Position numbers and translations under genes: made by a program. DNA of 59,545 bases, taken from positions 1-59,545 of IMG/VR virus record IMGVR_UViG_3300045284_000044; one strand, given 5' to 3'. Below, in pieces: positions 1 through 7,283 of this stretch. The stretch's first letter is position 1. Every line of letters starts with the position of its first letter. Under the pieces are notes generated by a model. It was not told the DNA's origin. It saw nothing but the letters and a program-made list of their open reading frames with translations, and did not search any database. The DNA is from a virus. Taxonomy: Duplodnaviria; Caudoviricetes.

Positions 1-44
1 GCACCGGGGGCTAGCAAGCACAGCTAGCCCCCCACGGTGTCTAC
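1..44 (+). repeat. G.G-mismatch hairpin A, completed across the circular join (5' arm starts at 59532)
   Basis: GTAGATA-G-CACC-GGGGGCTAGC loop AAGCACA GCTAGCCCCC-CACG-G-TGTCTAC. Confidence 0.75.
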
Positions 45-96
45 AGCACCAGGGAGGGAACGAATGAGAGAAAAGCCCTGCAAGGTGATGCACAAA

Positions 97-234
97 GTGG
101 GTACCGGCTTGAAGTGTCATATCTACAAGTCCGGTGCTGCCTTTATCAAAGACAAGCACTCAACTCTCTCACACAGGCAATACACTTCCGCGACGGAAGC
201 ACAGGCCCAGCTACGTAAGTCTGGCTGGCGCTAG
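97..234 (+). CDS. Small basic early hypothetical protein
   Basis: Part of ORF 37..234; RBS-like AAGGTGA at 82-88 favours the GTG at 97. Confidence 0.55.
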   Translation: MGTGLKCHIYKSGAAFIKDKHSTLSHRQYTSATEAQAQLRKSGWR

Positions 235-259
235 TACCTGAAAGCCTTACAACTTCAAC

Positions 260-288
260 TTGACAAAGGGGTGAGAACCTGATAGGCT
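260..288 (+). promoter_or_regulatory. Sigma70/SigA-type promoter with extended -10
   Basis: TTGACA(260-265)-17 bp-TAGGCT(283-288), with TG-N before the -10. Confidence 0.8.
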
Positions 289-294
289 ACAGCC

Positions 295-378
295 ATGATA
301 CTTCTGATTACCTCACTCGTCGGGGCTGGAGCTATTGCAGGCATCGCAGCCCCAATCATCAAGCTGCTTAACCCGTAA
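295..378 (+). CDS. 27-aa hydrophobic peptide, probably leaderless
   Basis: MILLITSLVGAGAIAGIAAPIIKLLNP; the ATG sits at the expected +1 of the 260-288 promoter. Confidence 0.6.
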   Translation: MILLITSLVGAGAIAGIAAPIIKLLNP

Positions 379-391
379 GCCCTGCAAGACC

Positions 392-449
392 GTAGCAGCG
401 CCGAGGGTTACTAAGCCGCACAGGGCTTAGTAACCCTCCACGGTGCTAC
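392..449 (+). repeat. G.G-mismatch hairpin B
   Basis: GTAGCA-G-CG...AGGGTTACTAAGCC loop GCACAG GGCTTAGTAACCCT...CG-G-TGCTAC. Confidence 0.8.
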
Positions 450-505
450 CGCATTAGCGGAAACACTAGCACCCGAAAGAGGGGTGATGCACAAAGAGTA
501 ACATT

Positions 506-973
506 GTGACTTCAACCGAAACCCCTGAGAAAGTGGATGATCGCATTACGGATTATCAGGCAGACTTGGCAAAGGCCCGCAATCGCTTCGATACGATTAC
601 GCAATGGCACATTGAAGCAATGATGGCGGTTCCTGAGCTTCCTCTGCCTTACGTGGACGCTAACACGGTTTACTGTAACGTGGAGGACGAGGACGGTAAG
701 ATTGACGTTCCTGCTACCAAGTCCTTGCTTCGCAAGGTGTCCAAGTTCGCGCTTTCAAAGGGATACGAAGTCAAGAAAGATTACTCGTATGACTTCAGTG
801 TCAAGGTGATTCTGAAGGACGAGTATCCGCGCATTAGCGTTAGCTACAGCGTTGATCGCGCAGCGGTCTGCACCAAAAGGGTTGTGGATACAAAGGTTGT
901 TCCTGCTCGCACGATTCCCGAAAAGATCGAAGAGGTCGTGGAGTGGGATTGCGGTACCCTGCTCGGAGACTAA
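506..973 (+). CDS. Early hypothetical protein (155 aa)
   Basis: Long ORF with purine-rich GAAAGAGGGGTGA element upstream. Confidence 0.8.
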   Translation: MTSTETPEKVDDRITDYQADLAKARNRFDTITQWHIEAMMAVPELPLPYVDANTVYCNVEDEDGKIDVPATKSLLRKVSKFALSKGYEVKKDYSYDFSVKVILKDEYPRISVSYSVDRAAVCTKRVVDTKVVPARTIPEKIEEVVEWDCGTLLGD

Positions 974-1042
974 GTAGCACGGACTAGCCTACAGCCATAC
1001 AAGCACAGCACAGCATAGGTAGGCTAGTCTACGGTACTTAGT
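969..1042 (+). repeat. G.G-mismatch hairpin C
   Basis: ACTAAGTA-G-CAC-GGACTAGCCTAC...GTAGGCTAGTCT-ACG-G-TACTTAGT; the loop contains GCACAGCACAG. Confidence 0.8.
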
Positions 1043-1045
1043 ACC

Positions 1046-1188
1046 AGTAGTTGCATAAGACAGAGACAAAGAAAAAGCCGTACCCCTCTAAAGGTGCCCA
1101 AAGGGCATCCGATTGTAACGTGCAATCAAGGCGGGTCTAATACAGAAACGGCCCTGACGAGGATAAGTCTCTGTCTTATGGAGCTACT
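1046..1188 (+). ncRNA. Putative structured RNA cassette D (long closing stem plus multi-hairpin cargo)
   Basis: AGTAGTT-G-CATAAGACAGAGAC ... GTCTCTGTCTTATG-G-AGCTACT; internal stems GCCGT/ACGGC, TGCCC/GGGCA, GATTG/CAATC; no ORF of 60 aa or more. Confidence 0.7.
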
Positions 1189-1193
1189 TACAA

Positions 1194-1432
1194 AGTAGTT
1201 GCATAAGGTAGTAGACGAAATCCACGTGAGAATGGTGGATGCGAGAAGATAGAGGCGGCAAAGGCCTACCGGCATCTATCATAAGCATAGCGTGTAAAAC
1301 CGTGGCCCTGCAAGCTGGTTGAGCACTGATACTTGGAGAGTGCAAAAGAGCCAGTAGGTAAGGCGGTAGCGTAAACCATTCAATAGGCGCCGTGGCCCTG
1401 CAAAGATAAGTCTACTACCTTATGGAGCTACT
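1194..1432 (+). ncRNA. Putative structured RNA cassette E
   Basis: AGTAGTT-G-CATAAGGTAGTAGAC ... GTCTACTACCTTATG-G-AGCTACT; outer arms identical to cassette D, inner arms differ compensatorily; several internal hairpins. Confidence 0.7.
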
Positions 1433-1437
1433 AGCGA

Positions 1438-1466
1438 TTGACAGGTAGTTCTGTACGTGCTAAGCT
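1438..1466 (+). promoter_or_regulatory. Sigma70/SigA-type promoter with extended -10
   Basis: TTGACA(1438-1443)-17 bp-TAAGCT(1461-1466), with TG-N. Confidence 0.8.
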
Positions 1467-1513
1467 TTACCCGTACTTTGACAACCTAGAGCACCGAAAG
1501 GGGGTGAACTTTC

Positions 1514-1825
1514 ATGCCCAGCGAACTGAACCTTTCGGAGATTAAGGATCTGCTCAATTCTGGCAAGAGCCGGTTGTATAAGCCTTGCATCATTGAATTC
1601 GTCAAGTCCGACGAAATCTATGAGGATATGATGCAGAATCCTGCATTCACTGAGAAGAATGCTAGTTCCGTATTCCAGAGCTTCAAGAACAATCTGGATA
1701 AGCTCGTTCGTGACAACCCGGATTGGCCTCACATTGAGGTCAAGAAGGCAGAGAAGGATGGTAAGGAGCTTGTGCTTCTTATCAATATGACTCTGCTTGC
1801 CGGCGCTGTTGCCGACGAGGACTAG
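1514..1825 (+). CDS. Small early protein, paralog of 8623..8922 and probably 6007..6240 (possible DNA-binding)
   Basis: RBS GAAAGGGGGTGA; shares R-x(1-2)-Y...FVKS...V[LF][LV]IN pattern with 8623..8922. Confidence 0.8.
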   Translation: MPSELNLSEIKDLLNSGKSRLYKPCIIEFVKSDEIYEDMMQNPAFTEKNASSVFQSFKNNLDKLVRDNPDWPHIEVKKAEKDGKELVLLINMTLLAGAVADED

Positions 1826-1915
1826 CTCAGTGGAGTCTCCAATCTGCTCACAATAATGGTGGGCGGAGTGTACCTGAGCTTGTCAACAGAAATCAGGACT
1901 CTAGCACAGGTTTAC

Positions 1916-2009
1916 GAGCGAGCGTAAGATGATTTAGGGAATCTGGTGGCACAGCGGGTAACATAGATTACCGGGCCATCAATGTAGGTTCGAATCCTAC
2001 CGCCGCTCA
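1916..2009 (+). ncRNA. tRNA-like RNA 1 (acceptor helix and T-arm; D and anticodon arms replaced by one long irregular hairpin)
   Basis: GAGCG(A)GCG pairs with CGCCGCTC-A; T-arm GTAGG-TTCGAAT-CCTAC. Confidence 0.65.
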
Positions 2010-2017
2010 TTGTAAGT

Positions 2018-2141
2018 CTGTAGTTGCACCCCGCACAGATAGCGTGCTTAGCCTTGCGAGGCGGCCGTTCGTTACCACGGCGGGCAAAGGCCAAGTTACG
2101 TGGTTGCAACCTTTGCTTATCTGTGCGGAGTGGAGCTACAG
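2018..2141 (+). ncRNA. Putative structured RNA cassette F
   Basis: CTGTAGTT-G-CAC-C-CCGCACAGATA ... TATCTGTGCGG-A-GTG-G-AGCTACAG enclosing three hairpins (GCCT/AGGC, GCCGT/ACGGC, GGCAAAGG/CCTTTGCT). Confidence 0.7.
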
Positions 2142-2162
2142 TAGAATGGAGGTGAAAATCAA

Positions 2163-2336
2163 ATGGCATTCACATTGCGGAAGGCTTCCGTTACTCCCAA
2201 GGGAGACTTCATTTGCAAGGACTCGCAGTTCGCAACTAAGCGGGAACTGAAGGCGGAAATCGCGCGATCCTCATACAGCGATATCCGGTGGATTCCCGGT
2301 ACCAGAATCATGGCGATGCGCTTGAAGTCCAGATAA
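2163..2336 (+). CDS. 57-aa basic hypothetical protein (not in the ORF track)
   Basis: Strong RBS GGAGGTG; MAFTLRKASVTPKGDFICKDSQFATKRELKAEIARSS... Confidence 0.7.
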   Translation: MAFTLRKASVTPKGDFICKDSQFATKRELKAEIARSSYSDIRWIPGTRIMAMRLKSR

Positions 2337-2455
2337 TGCACCACTTGACTGGACTAGCATTGATGCATTACCTCATGCTCGCAATGAAGCAAGGTTACCA
2401 TTGTTGGGCTGAGTATCGCAATCACCGCTATGACTTTTACTGCGGTGACAAGTAG
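2336..2455 (+). CDS. 39-aa hypothetical protein
   Basis: TAATG stop/start coupling to the upstream ORF; MHHLTGLALMHYLMLAMKQGYHCWAEYRNHRYDFYCGDK. Confidence 0.5.
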   Translation: MHHLTGLALMHYLMLAMKQGYHCWAEYRNHRYDFYCGDK

Positions 2456-2512
2456 GGCATAGTAAGGGCCACGTTAAAGTACCAGTACCAGCACAAACAA
2501 ACTTAACAACGT

Positions 2513-2669
2513 GCCCCCGCTGCTGAGCTAATCCAGAGAATTAGCGAGAGTGGTAACGCAGAGCAGCTGGACAACGATTGGTACCACGGTATTAACTTTT
2601 CGGCTGGTACCCGAAAAACCAAGACCGCAATCATCCATATCGTCGCAGGTTCGAGTCCTGCCGGGGGCT
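2513..2669 (+). ncRNA. tRNA-like RNA 2 (157-nt expanded cloverleaf)
   Basis: 7-bp acceptor GCCCCCG/CGGGGGC; T-arm GCAGG-TTCGAGT-CCTGC; D-stem GCTG/CAGC with inserted GCTAAT/ATTAGC hairpin and AGTGGTAA; branched domain in place of the anticodon loop. Confidence 0.7.
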
Positions 2670-2993
2670 GCTTACTATCATAACGAGGCGTCAGAATTAG
2701 AGCCACAGGCCACGCCTACCTACTTTAGTGGTCTAGGACTAGATAAGAACCGTGTGAAGTGAGTTTCAGCGCTACGGTCGCCACTTACGAATAGCAACAG
2801 GGTCGAGTATACGGTAATGAGCAAACAGTCCGAGTGAGTATGCGAATCTCGCCTGCTAACCCTAACGCTTTGTGTAAAGTGCTCGCCCAGGAGGGCGTAA
2901 ACAAAACCGGCTAAAAGTAACCGAGTCGGTCTATAAATCTATAGGGTTACTCAGATGCTAGTATCAGATAAACTAGCTATCCACAATGGTGGC

Positions 2994-3042
2994 AGCCTGT
3001 GCGGTTTAGGCCGATTCCGGAGTTCAACTCTCTGGCAGGCTA
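2994..3042 (+). ncRNA. tRNA-like RNA 3 (49-nt mini-tRNA)
   Basis: Acceptor AGCCTGT/GCAGGCT-A; single hairpin CGGT-TTAG-GCCG; T-arm CGGAG-TTCAACT-CTCTG. Confidence 0.55.
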
Positions 3043-3211
3043 TCGACTACAGAAAAGAGGTCAAAGGTGAAATCGCATCAGGATTTCGCATATGATAGCG
3101 ACAGATATCTTCTGGCCTATCATTTCACTCGGCTGTGGCGCATTAGGCACGTAGCCGTAGCCAGAGATTCCCTGAGGCAAAACATCAGGGCACAACGGAA
3201 GGCAAAGCAAT

Positions 3212-3409
3212 ATGACCAATCTCACTAAAGCTAAAGTAACGTACATCAAGTGCCCAAATGTAACGTGTAAGCGTTACCCTGTAATCGCACAGATTCCAAC
3301 TGCGACGGGTGATCTTTACTGCACAGCTTGCGGTTGCGATCACAGTTCCGGCCTCGATGCTAGGGAGATTCTAGTAAAGATCAAGGCACATCTCAGACTA
3401 GCCGCCTGA
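3212..3409 (+). CDS. Small zinc-ribbon-like protein
   Basis: CPNVTC ... CTAC cysteine pairs. Confidence 0.65.
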   Translation: MTNLTKAKVTYIKCPNVTCKRYPVIAQIPTATGDLYCTACGCDHSSGLDAREILVKIKAHLRLAA

Positions 3410-3431
3410 GTAAACAAAGCGGCTACAAAAC

Positions 3432-3576
3432 TTAGTTCGATAATGGAGCTAATCGGCCACTACATAGTCATACGATTAGGTCGGCCATAGATACGGGTCG
3501 AAAGCCCTATGGGTCTATGCGAACCCTCTGAAAGTCACTGGCATGATAGCGCCGGTTAGCTCCATTATCCAACTAA
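3432..3576 (+). ncRNA. Putative structured RNA cassette G
   Basis: TTAGTT-C-GATAATGGAGCTAATCGGC ... GCCGGTTAGCTCCATTATC-C-AACTAA (about 25 bp, one C.C mismatch) enclosing nested stems with a GAAA loop. Confidence 0.7.
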
Positions 3577-3586
3577 AGGGGTTCAC

Positions 3587-3748
3587 GTGAATTTAGTATT
3601 GAAGTTGGACGATAATGTTGTGTACGCTGTGCTTGCTGCGATTGCATTTATCACAGTAACTATAGCGACGTACAAGACCCTGACGTTTAGGGATTACGGT
3701 ACGCAGCCGCAACAGCACGAACAGCCGGGTGATACCTGGCACAAGTAA
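3587..3748 (+). CDS. 53-aa single-pass membrane protein (not in the ORF track)
   Basis: RBS AAAGGGG, GTG start; hydrophobic stretch VVYAVLAAIAFITVTIA. Confidence 0.55.
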   Translation: MNLVLKLDDNVVYAVLAAIAFITVTIATYKTLTFRDYGTQPQQHEQPGDTWHK

Positions 3749-3759
3749 AGGGAAAGGAG

Positions 3760-4143
3760 GTGATTACTATCAGCCTCAAGAGGGGGATACCCCATGACAT
3801 CACAAAACTTGGTGAATGGTGTCCGGTATGTGGACAACTTACCGACGAACATACGACCGCAAAATTGCGCGACATTTATGACAGACTCAGAGACGGTCGT
3901 AGCACCTATGAAGCACTAGTCTTTACGTCTGATTGGCTGCAAGAAAACATTCATGACGAAGAAGATGAAGAATCGGTAATGCTTGCAATGGAACGTGACA
4001 TGGCATATCGCGGTCTTTGTACCGGCTGTGCGCGTCCTGACCTACGTAACATTAAGCCCTCTGACGTAATGTCAGAAGAAGAAGCCCAAGATCTACATGA
4101 AATGTGGGCAGAACAAGCAGCCGAGCGTAGAGCAGGTTGTTAG
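3760..4143 (+). CDS. Acidic Cys-containing hypothetical protein
   Basis: RBS GGGAAAGGAG; CPVC and CTGC motifs. Confidence 0.75.
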   Translation: MITISLKRGIPHDITKLGEWCPVCGQLTDEHTTAKLRDIYDRLRDGRSTYEALVFTSDWLQENIHDEEDEESVMLAMERDMAYRGLCTGCARPDLRNIKPSDVMSEEEAQDLHEMWAEQAAERRAGC

Positions 4144-4212
4144 CATCGTGGTTAGGGTGAAGTAGCCCAGTGCAGAGTGGACTAAAGCCCTAATAAATCC
4201 ACTCAAATTTTT

Positions 4213-4283
4213 GGCCCGTTCGTCTAATGGCAGGACGTCGCACTTTCCATGCGATGGCGTGAGTTCGATTCTCACACGGGCTA
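4213..4283 (+). tRNA. tRNA-Glu(TTC), atypical C at position 37
   Basis: Acceptor GGCCCGT/ACGGGCT-A; D-arm GTC..GAC; anticodon arm TCGCA-CTTTCCA-TGCGA; T-arm GTGAG-TTCGATT-CTCAC; no encoded CCA. Confidence 0.85.
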
Positions 4284-4359
4284 TTGCTAACTCGGCTTAA
4301 AACCAGTAAGTATTTCTGGCGCCGACGGATTCTAGATCGTTAGCGAAGGAGGTGATAAA

Positions 4360-4719
4360 ATGAGTGAGTTCGGTTCGGGTGTTGTCGTGTGTCTGGCAAA
4401 GTTCAGTCAGCACTTGGACAATATCCACCGTTTCAAGGAAACGTATACCAGCATTGGCAAGGATGAAACTTCAGTTTTGTATGACGCGATCACAATGGCG
4501 ATGAACGGTGCCTCAGATCACTTCTATGATTTGGATAGGGATAAGGCACCTGAGTCGCTTATCAAGCTTGCCGATCTAACACTTGAAATCGGCCACGGTT
4601 TTCGTGGAGGTGTAGTCTACACACAAGACACAGTTGATGAAATCTTCAAGCTTTGGGAAGAGTCGTGTCTTGCCGTAGACAAAATGCTTGGTGTCGATGG
4701 TGATTGGGGTACGTGGTAG
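4360..4719 (+). CDS. Hypothetical protein
   Basis: RBS AAGGAGGTG, 119 aa. Confidence 0.8.
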   Translation: MSEFGSGVVVCLAKFSQHLDNIHRFKETYTSIGKDETSVLYDAITMAMNGASDHFYDLDRDKAPESLIKLADLTLEIGHGFRGGVVYTQDTVDEIFKLWEESCLAVDKMLGVDGDWGTW

Positions 4720-4734
4720 TAAAGGAGGTGAAAT

Positions 4735-4986
4735 ATGAACACAACCCAAGATGGCAGAGAATGCCTAGACTTTTACAACGATCATAAGGGGCCTTGTGAT
4801 AATGGGCCTGTTATGTATCATCCATCAATCGCTGGAACAGGCACAATGATTCCGCGATGCGAAAAGCACTATCAAATGCTTTTGGATGAGCATGACGAGT
4901 ACAGTAAAGTCATGCCCGATAGTCCAATGGCGCCGGCGTGGTTTGATCCAACAGCCATAGGCGAACATTGGAATGAGGATTACTAA
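4735..4986 (+). CDS. Hypothetical Cys/His protein
   Basis: RBS AAGGAGGTG; C..H..C..RCxxH pattern. Confidence 0.8.
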   Translation: MNTTQDGRECLDFYNDHKGPCDNGPVMYHPSIAGTGTMIPRCEKHYQMLLDEHDEYSKVMPDSPMAPAWFDPTAIGEHWNEDY

Positions 4987-5225
4987 TGGATTACCAAATA
5001 GAGTTTGTCTTTCGTGATCTTACGGAGGATGAAGCAGAAAAGAAAGCTGGAGAAATTCATGATTTTCTTTTCATGTCCGACCCAAACTCAGAGTTCGAAC
5101 AGTTTGTAATGAGGATTCATTTAGATGACGACGGTGATAGTTTTAGGCTAGAGCACGTTTCTCATTGGCCTGAAGATGCCACCGGCCCATTTAATGATAG
5201 AGTATGGGAAGGAGGTGATGACTAA
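4986..5225 (+). CDS. Small acidic hypothetical protein
   Basis: TAATG coupling; D/E-rich. Confidence 0.75.
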   Translation: MDYQIEFVFRDLTEDEAEKKAGEIHDFLFMSDPNSEFEQFVMRIHLDDDGDSFRLEHVSHWPEDATGPFNDRVWEGGDD

Positions 5226-5480
5226 ATGGCAGAACTAAACTACACAGTCAAAGTTAACTCAGGTGATCCAGAAAATGACGCTAAGTATTGTCTAGAACTT
5301 TTCAAGATTTTTTCTGGAGTAACTGAGGGCATCAAGTCTTTTGGCTATACGGATGACGAATGTATTTGCACGTCAGACTTCAAGCCAACAGGATATGATG
5401 ACGATGGTGAAAAGAGATTTGATGCAAACCTCGAAGTACAGCACATAATCGAGGATCATGGCACACGAGAAATCGAATAA
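5226..5480 (+). CDS. Small acidic hypothetical protein
   Basis: RBS GGAGGTG; D/E-rich. Confidence 0.75.
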   Translation: MAELNYTVKVNSGDPENDAKYCLELFKIFSGVTEGIKSFGYTDDECICTSDFKPTGYDDDGEKRFDANLEVQHIIEDHGTREIE

Positions 5481-5784
5481 AAAGAAGCACACTACAATCA
5501 TCCATGGTGTCTTGCTACCAAGATCCATCGAAAAAAGACAACTCAGTTTTCGATGTGACATTACACATCAGAATGATTTGTTCGACGATTTCTACCGCTA
5601 TAACGAGGTATTATTTCCAGAGTTTGAACCACCCAGCATTCTCAACGTGGATGGTTTGATTTACACGCACAGTCCATGGGGAAAAGCAGAATGCTCAATA
5701 GAACTTGCGATTGACATAGCGATTGATAAATATGTCGAACACAACCCAGGCCCTTTCAAACCTAATGTAAAGAGTTGGAGATAG
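5458..5784 (+). CDS. Hypothetical protein
   Basis: ORF tiles the operon; GAGG upstream. Confidence 0.6.
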   Translation: MAHEKSNKKKHTTIIHGVLLPRSIEKRQLSFRCDITHQNDLFDDFYRYNEVLFPEFEPPSILNVDGLIYTHSPWGKAECSIELAIDIAIDKYVEHNPGPFKPNVKSWR

Positions 5785-5791
5785 CACAAGA

Positions 5792-6004
5792 ATGAAGATC
5801 ATAGCATTTGGCGTTTTCGTAGTGGTGTGGATTTCGATTTTGAGCCATATCCATGTATCGAAAAGCCAGTCACATTCAAAACCGCACAGCAGCCATAGCA
5901 CAGGCTACTGTCAGACGTTGTACGACTTGGATGTTCAATCGAATTTGCTTTACGCCGATGATTCATTCAAGCGGGGTGGCGCCTGCTATAACTTTAAGGG
6001 GTAA
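5792..6004 (+). CDS. Small membrane-anchored or secreted protein
   Basis: N-terminal hydrophobic helix; RBS GGAG. Confidence 0.6.
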   Translation: MKIIAFGVFVVVWISILSHIHVSKSQSHSKPHSSHSTGYCQTLYDLDVQSNLLYADDSFKRGGACYNFKG

Positions 6005-6006
6005 CG

Positions 6007-6240
6007 TTGGGAAAAGATTTCAAGCTTGTACCAGTACCTGAACTACCAGATTTCAAAGCTAAGGCAAGGCGATTGATCGACGAGTTTTTAGAGATGGATA
6101 CTCCCTTTGCTGAGATACAAGAAGCGAGCGCAACAGACTTGAGTATGTTACGGGTCTATATAAATAATCGTCGCCATAGAGAAGAATTGCCCGTAACAAT
6201 CAAACAACTTGACGATAAGGCTTTTCTAGTTAGGATCTAA
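6007..6240 (+). CDS. Small protein, distant paralog of 1514..1825 and 8623..8922
   Basis: LIDEFL...AEI...VTIKQLDDKAFLVRI resembles the EFVKS...V..KDDHVFVIN pattern. Confidence 0.65.
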   Translation: MGKDFKLVPVPELPDFKAKARRLIDEFLEMDTPFAEIQEASATDLSMLRVYINNRRHREELPVTIKQLDDKAFLVRI

Positions 6241-6245
6241 AGGCT

Positions 6246-6331
6246 GCCCCGATGGCGAAATTGGTAGACGCGACAGGCTTAAAACTTGTTGTCCTTTACA
6301 GGGCGTGTCGGTTCAAGTCCGACTCGGGGCA
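6246..6331 (+). tRNA. tRNA-Leu(TAA)
   Basis: GCCCCGA/TCGGGGC-A acceptor; anticodon arm ACAGG-CTTAAAA-CTTGT; long variable arm; T-arm GTCGG-TTCAAGT-CCGAC. Confidence 0.95.
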
Positions 6332-6371
6332 TTGGCTGTAATATTTTACAGTCAGCACAGAAAGGTGAACT

Positions 6372-6968
6372 ATGAATGTGAATAATATTTACCCAGGATC
6401 AGAGTACGCCGTATTCCCTAACGGTAAGTCTAGGGGTGGCGGATTTGAACCCGGCGCCATACGAATTCGGGTATACCGAACATTCAAGAAGCCGCCTGAA
6501 TACGGACAGAAGCGTAGCACAGCGTATGTAACTGCAATCCGTCTAACCCGCGATGGTGAAGTTTACCCCGGTGATAACGGAAACATGCGTGAATATCGCG
6601 CTTATGACGTGGCAGACTTCTGGGATGAGTATGAGGATCAACTTCAGCATTACGAAGTTGAAGAAGAAGCACGCCAAGAAAAGCGACGTCTCCAACGTGA
6701 GGAATACGATCGCCAATGGCGTGAAAGACGAGAGCGCGAAGAGCGTGAGCGAATCGAACGCGAACGCCTAAAGCTTGAAAAAAGAGCTAGAGTTGTAGAG
6801 GGTTTACAAAAGCTCGGGTTTACCGAGGATCCAGAGGACGTAATAGCATTTGAAAAAGAAGTCCGGCTAACATTCGATCAGTTCTTGAATTGGCTTAACC
6901 AATTCGAAAAGCAGGACTGTGTTGTTTGCGGCCGTGAAATTACAATAGTTCGACTTCCGGGAGCGTAA
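6372..6968 (+). CDS. Hypothetical protein with E/R-rich charged helix
   Basis: RBS GAAAGGTGA; ERREREERERIERER tract. Confidence 0.8.
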   Translation: MNVNNIYPGSEYAVFPNGKSRGGGFEPGAIRIRVYRTFKKPPEYGQKRSTAYVTAIRLTRDGEVYPGDNGNMREYRAYDVADFWDEYEDQLQHYEVEEEARQEKRRLQREEYDRQWRERREREERERIERERLKLEKRARVVEGLQKLGFTEDPEDVIAFEKEVRLTFDQFLNWLNQFEKQDCVVCGREITIVRLPGA

Positions 6969-6974
6969 ACAATA

Positions 6975-7283
6975 ATGAGCGGATACGAGTTGAAGCGCAA
7001 GCAATTAAGCGCAGATCAAATCGCAAATCTGCTCAAGAGTAAAACTTCGACTGACCAAAAGCACGAACCAAAGGTCAGGCCGTCTTTCACTCTTGAGCAG
7101 TACGAGGCGATGGCTGATGCATATCAGAATGGTAAGACTTCTTTTGATATGCCAGGACTAGGTGAGTATACAGTCACCCTTCAAACTACTAGAAGCGGTG
7201 ATTGGGTAGTCGTTATGCCGGTTAAAGGCCACGTCCCGATGGGATGTTACAATGCAAAAACGTTGGCCGACCGCAGCAAGTAA
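6975..7283 (+). CDS. Hypothetical protein carrying the LSADQIANLL motif
   Basis: RBS GGAG; ORF tiles the operon. Confidence 0.75.
   Translation: MSGYELKRKQLSADQIANLLKSKTSTDQKHEPKVRPSFTLEQYEAMADAYQNGKTSFDMPGLGEYTVTLQTTRSGDWVVVMPVKGHVPMGCYNAKTLADRSK

Noticed and set aside
1140-1190. Hammerhead ribozyme suggested by CTGACGAG (1154-1161) and a nearby GAAAC
   Set aside because: I could not build stem II followed by GAAA downstream of the CUGANGA core; the order and pairing do not fit.
1046-2141. Repeated AGTAGTTGCA.../...TGGAGCTAC sequences as a CRISPR array, with the Cas4-like gene as a cas gene
   Set aside because: The repeats are paired inverted arms around 70-190 nt inserts, not direct repeats with uniform spacers. 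The nuclease sits in a standard phage nuclease-Sak4-SSB module with no other cas genes.
1916-2669. tmRNA or intron-containing tRNA genes
   Set aside because: No alanine-type acceptor end or tag reading frame, and the inserts are too short and lack group I/II intron cores.
3165-3212. c-di-GMP-I riboswitch suggested by GGCAAA...GGCAAAGC
   Set aside because: The required P2/P3 architecture (GNRA loop and receptor) is not evident.
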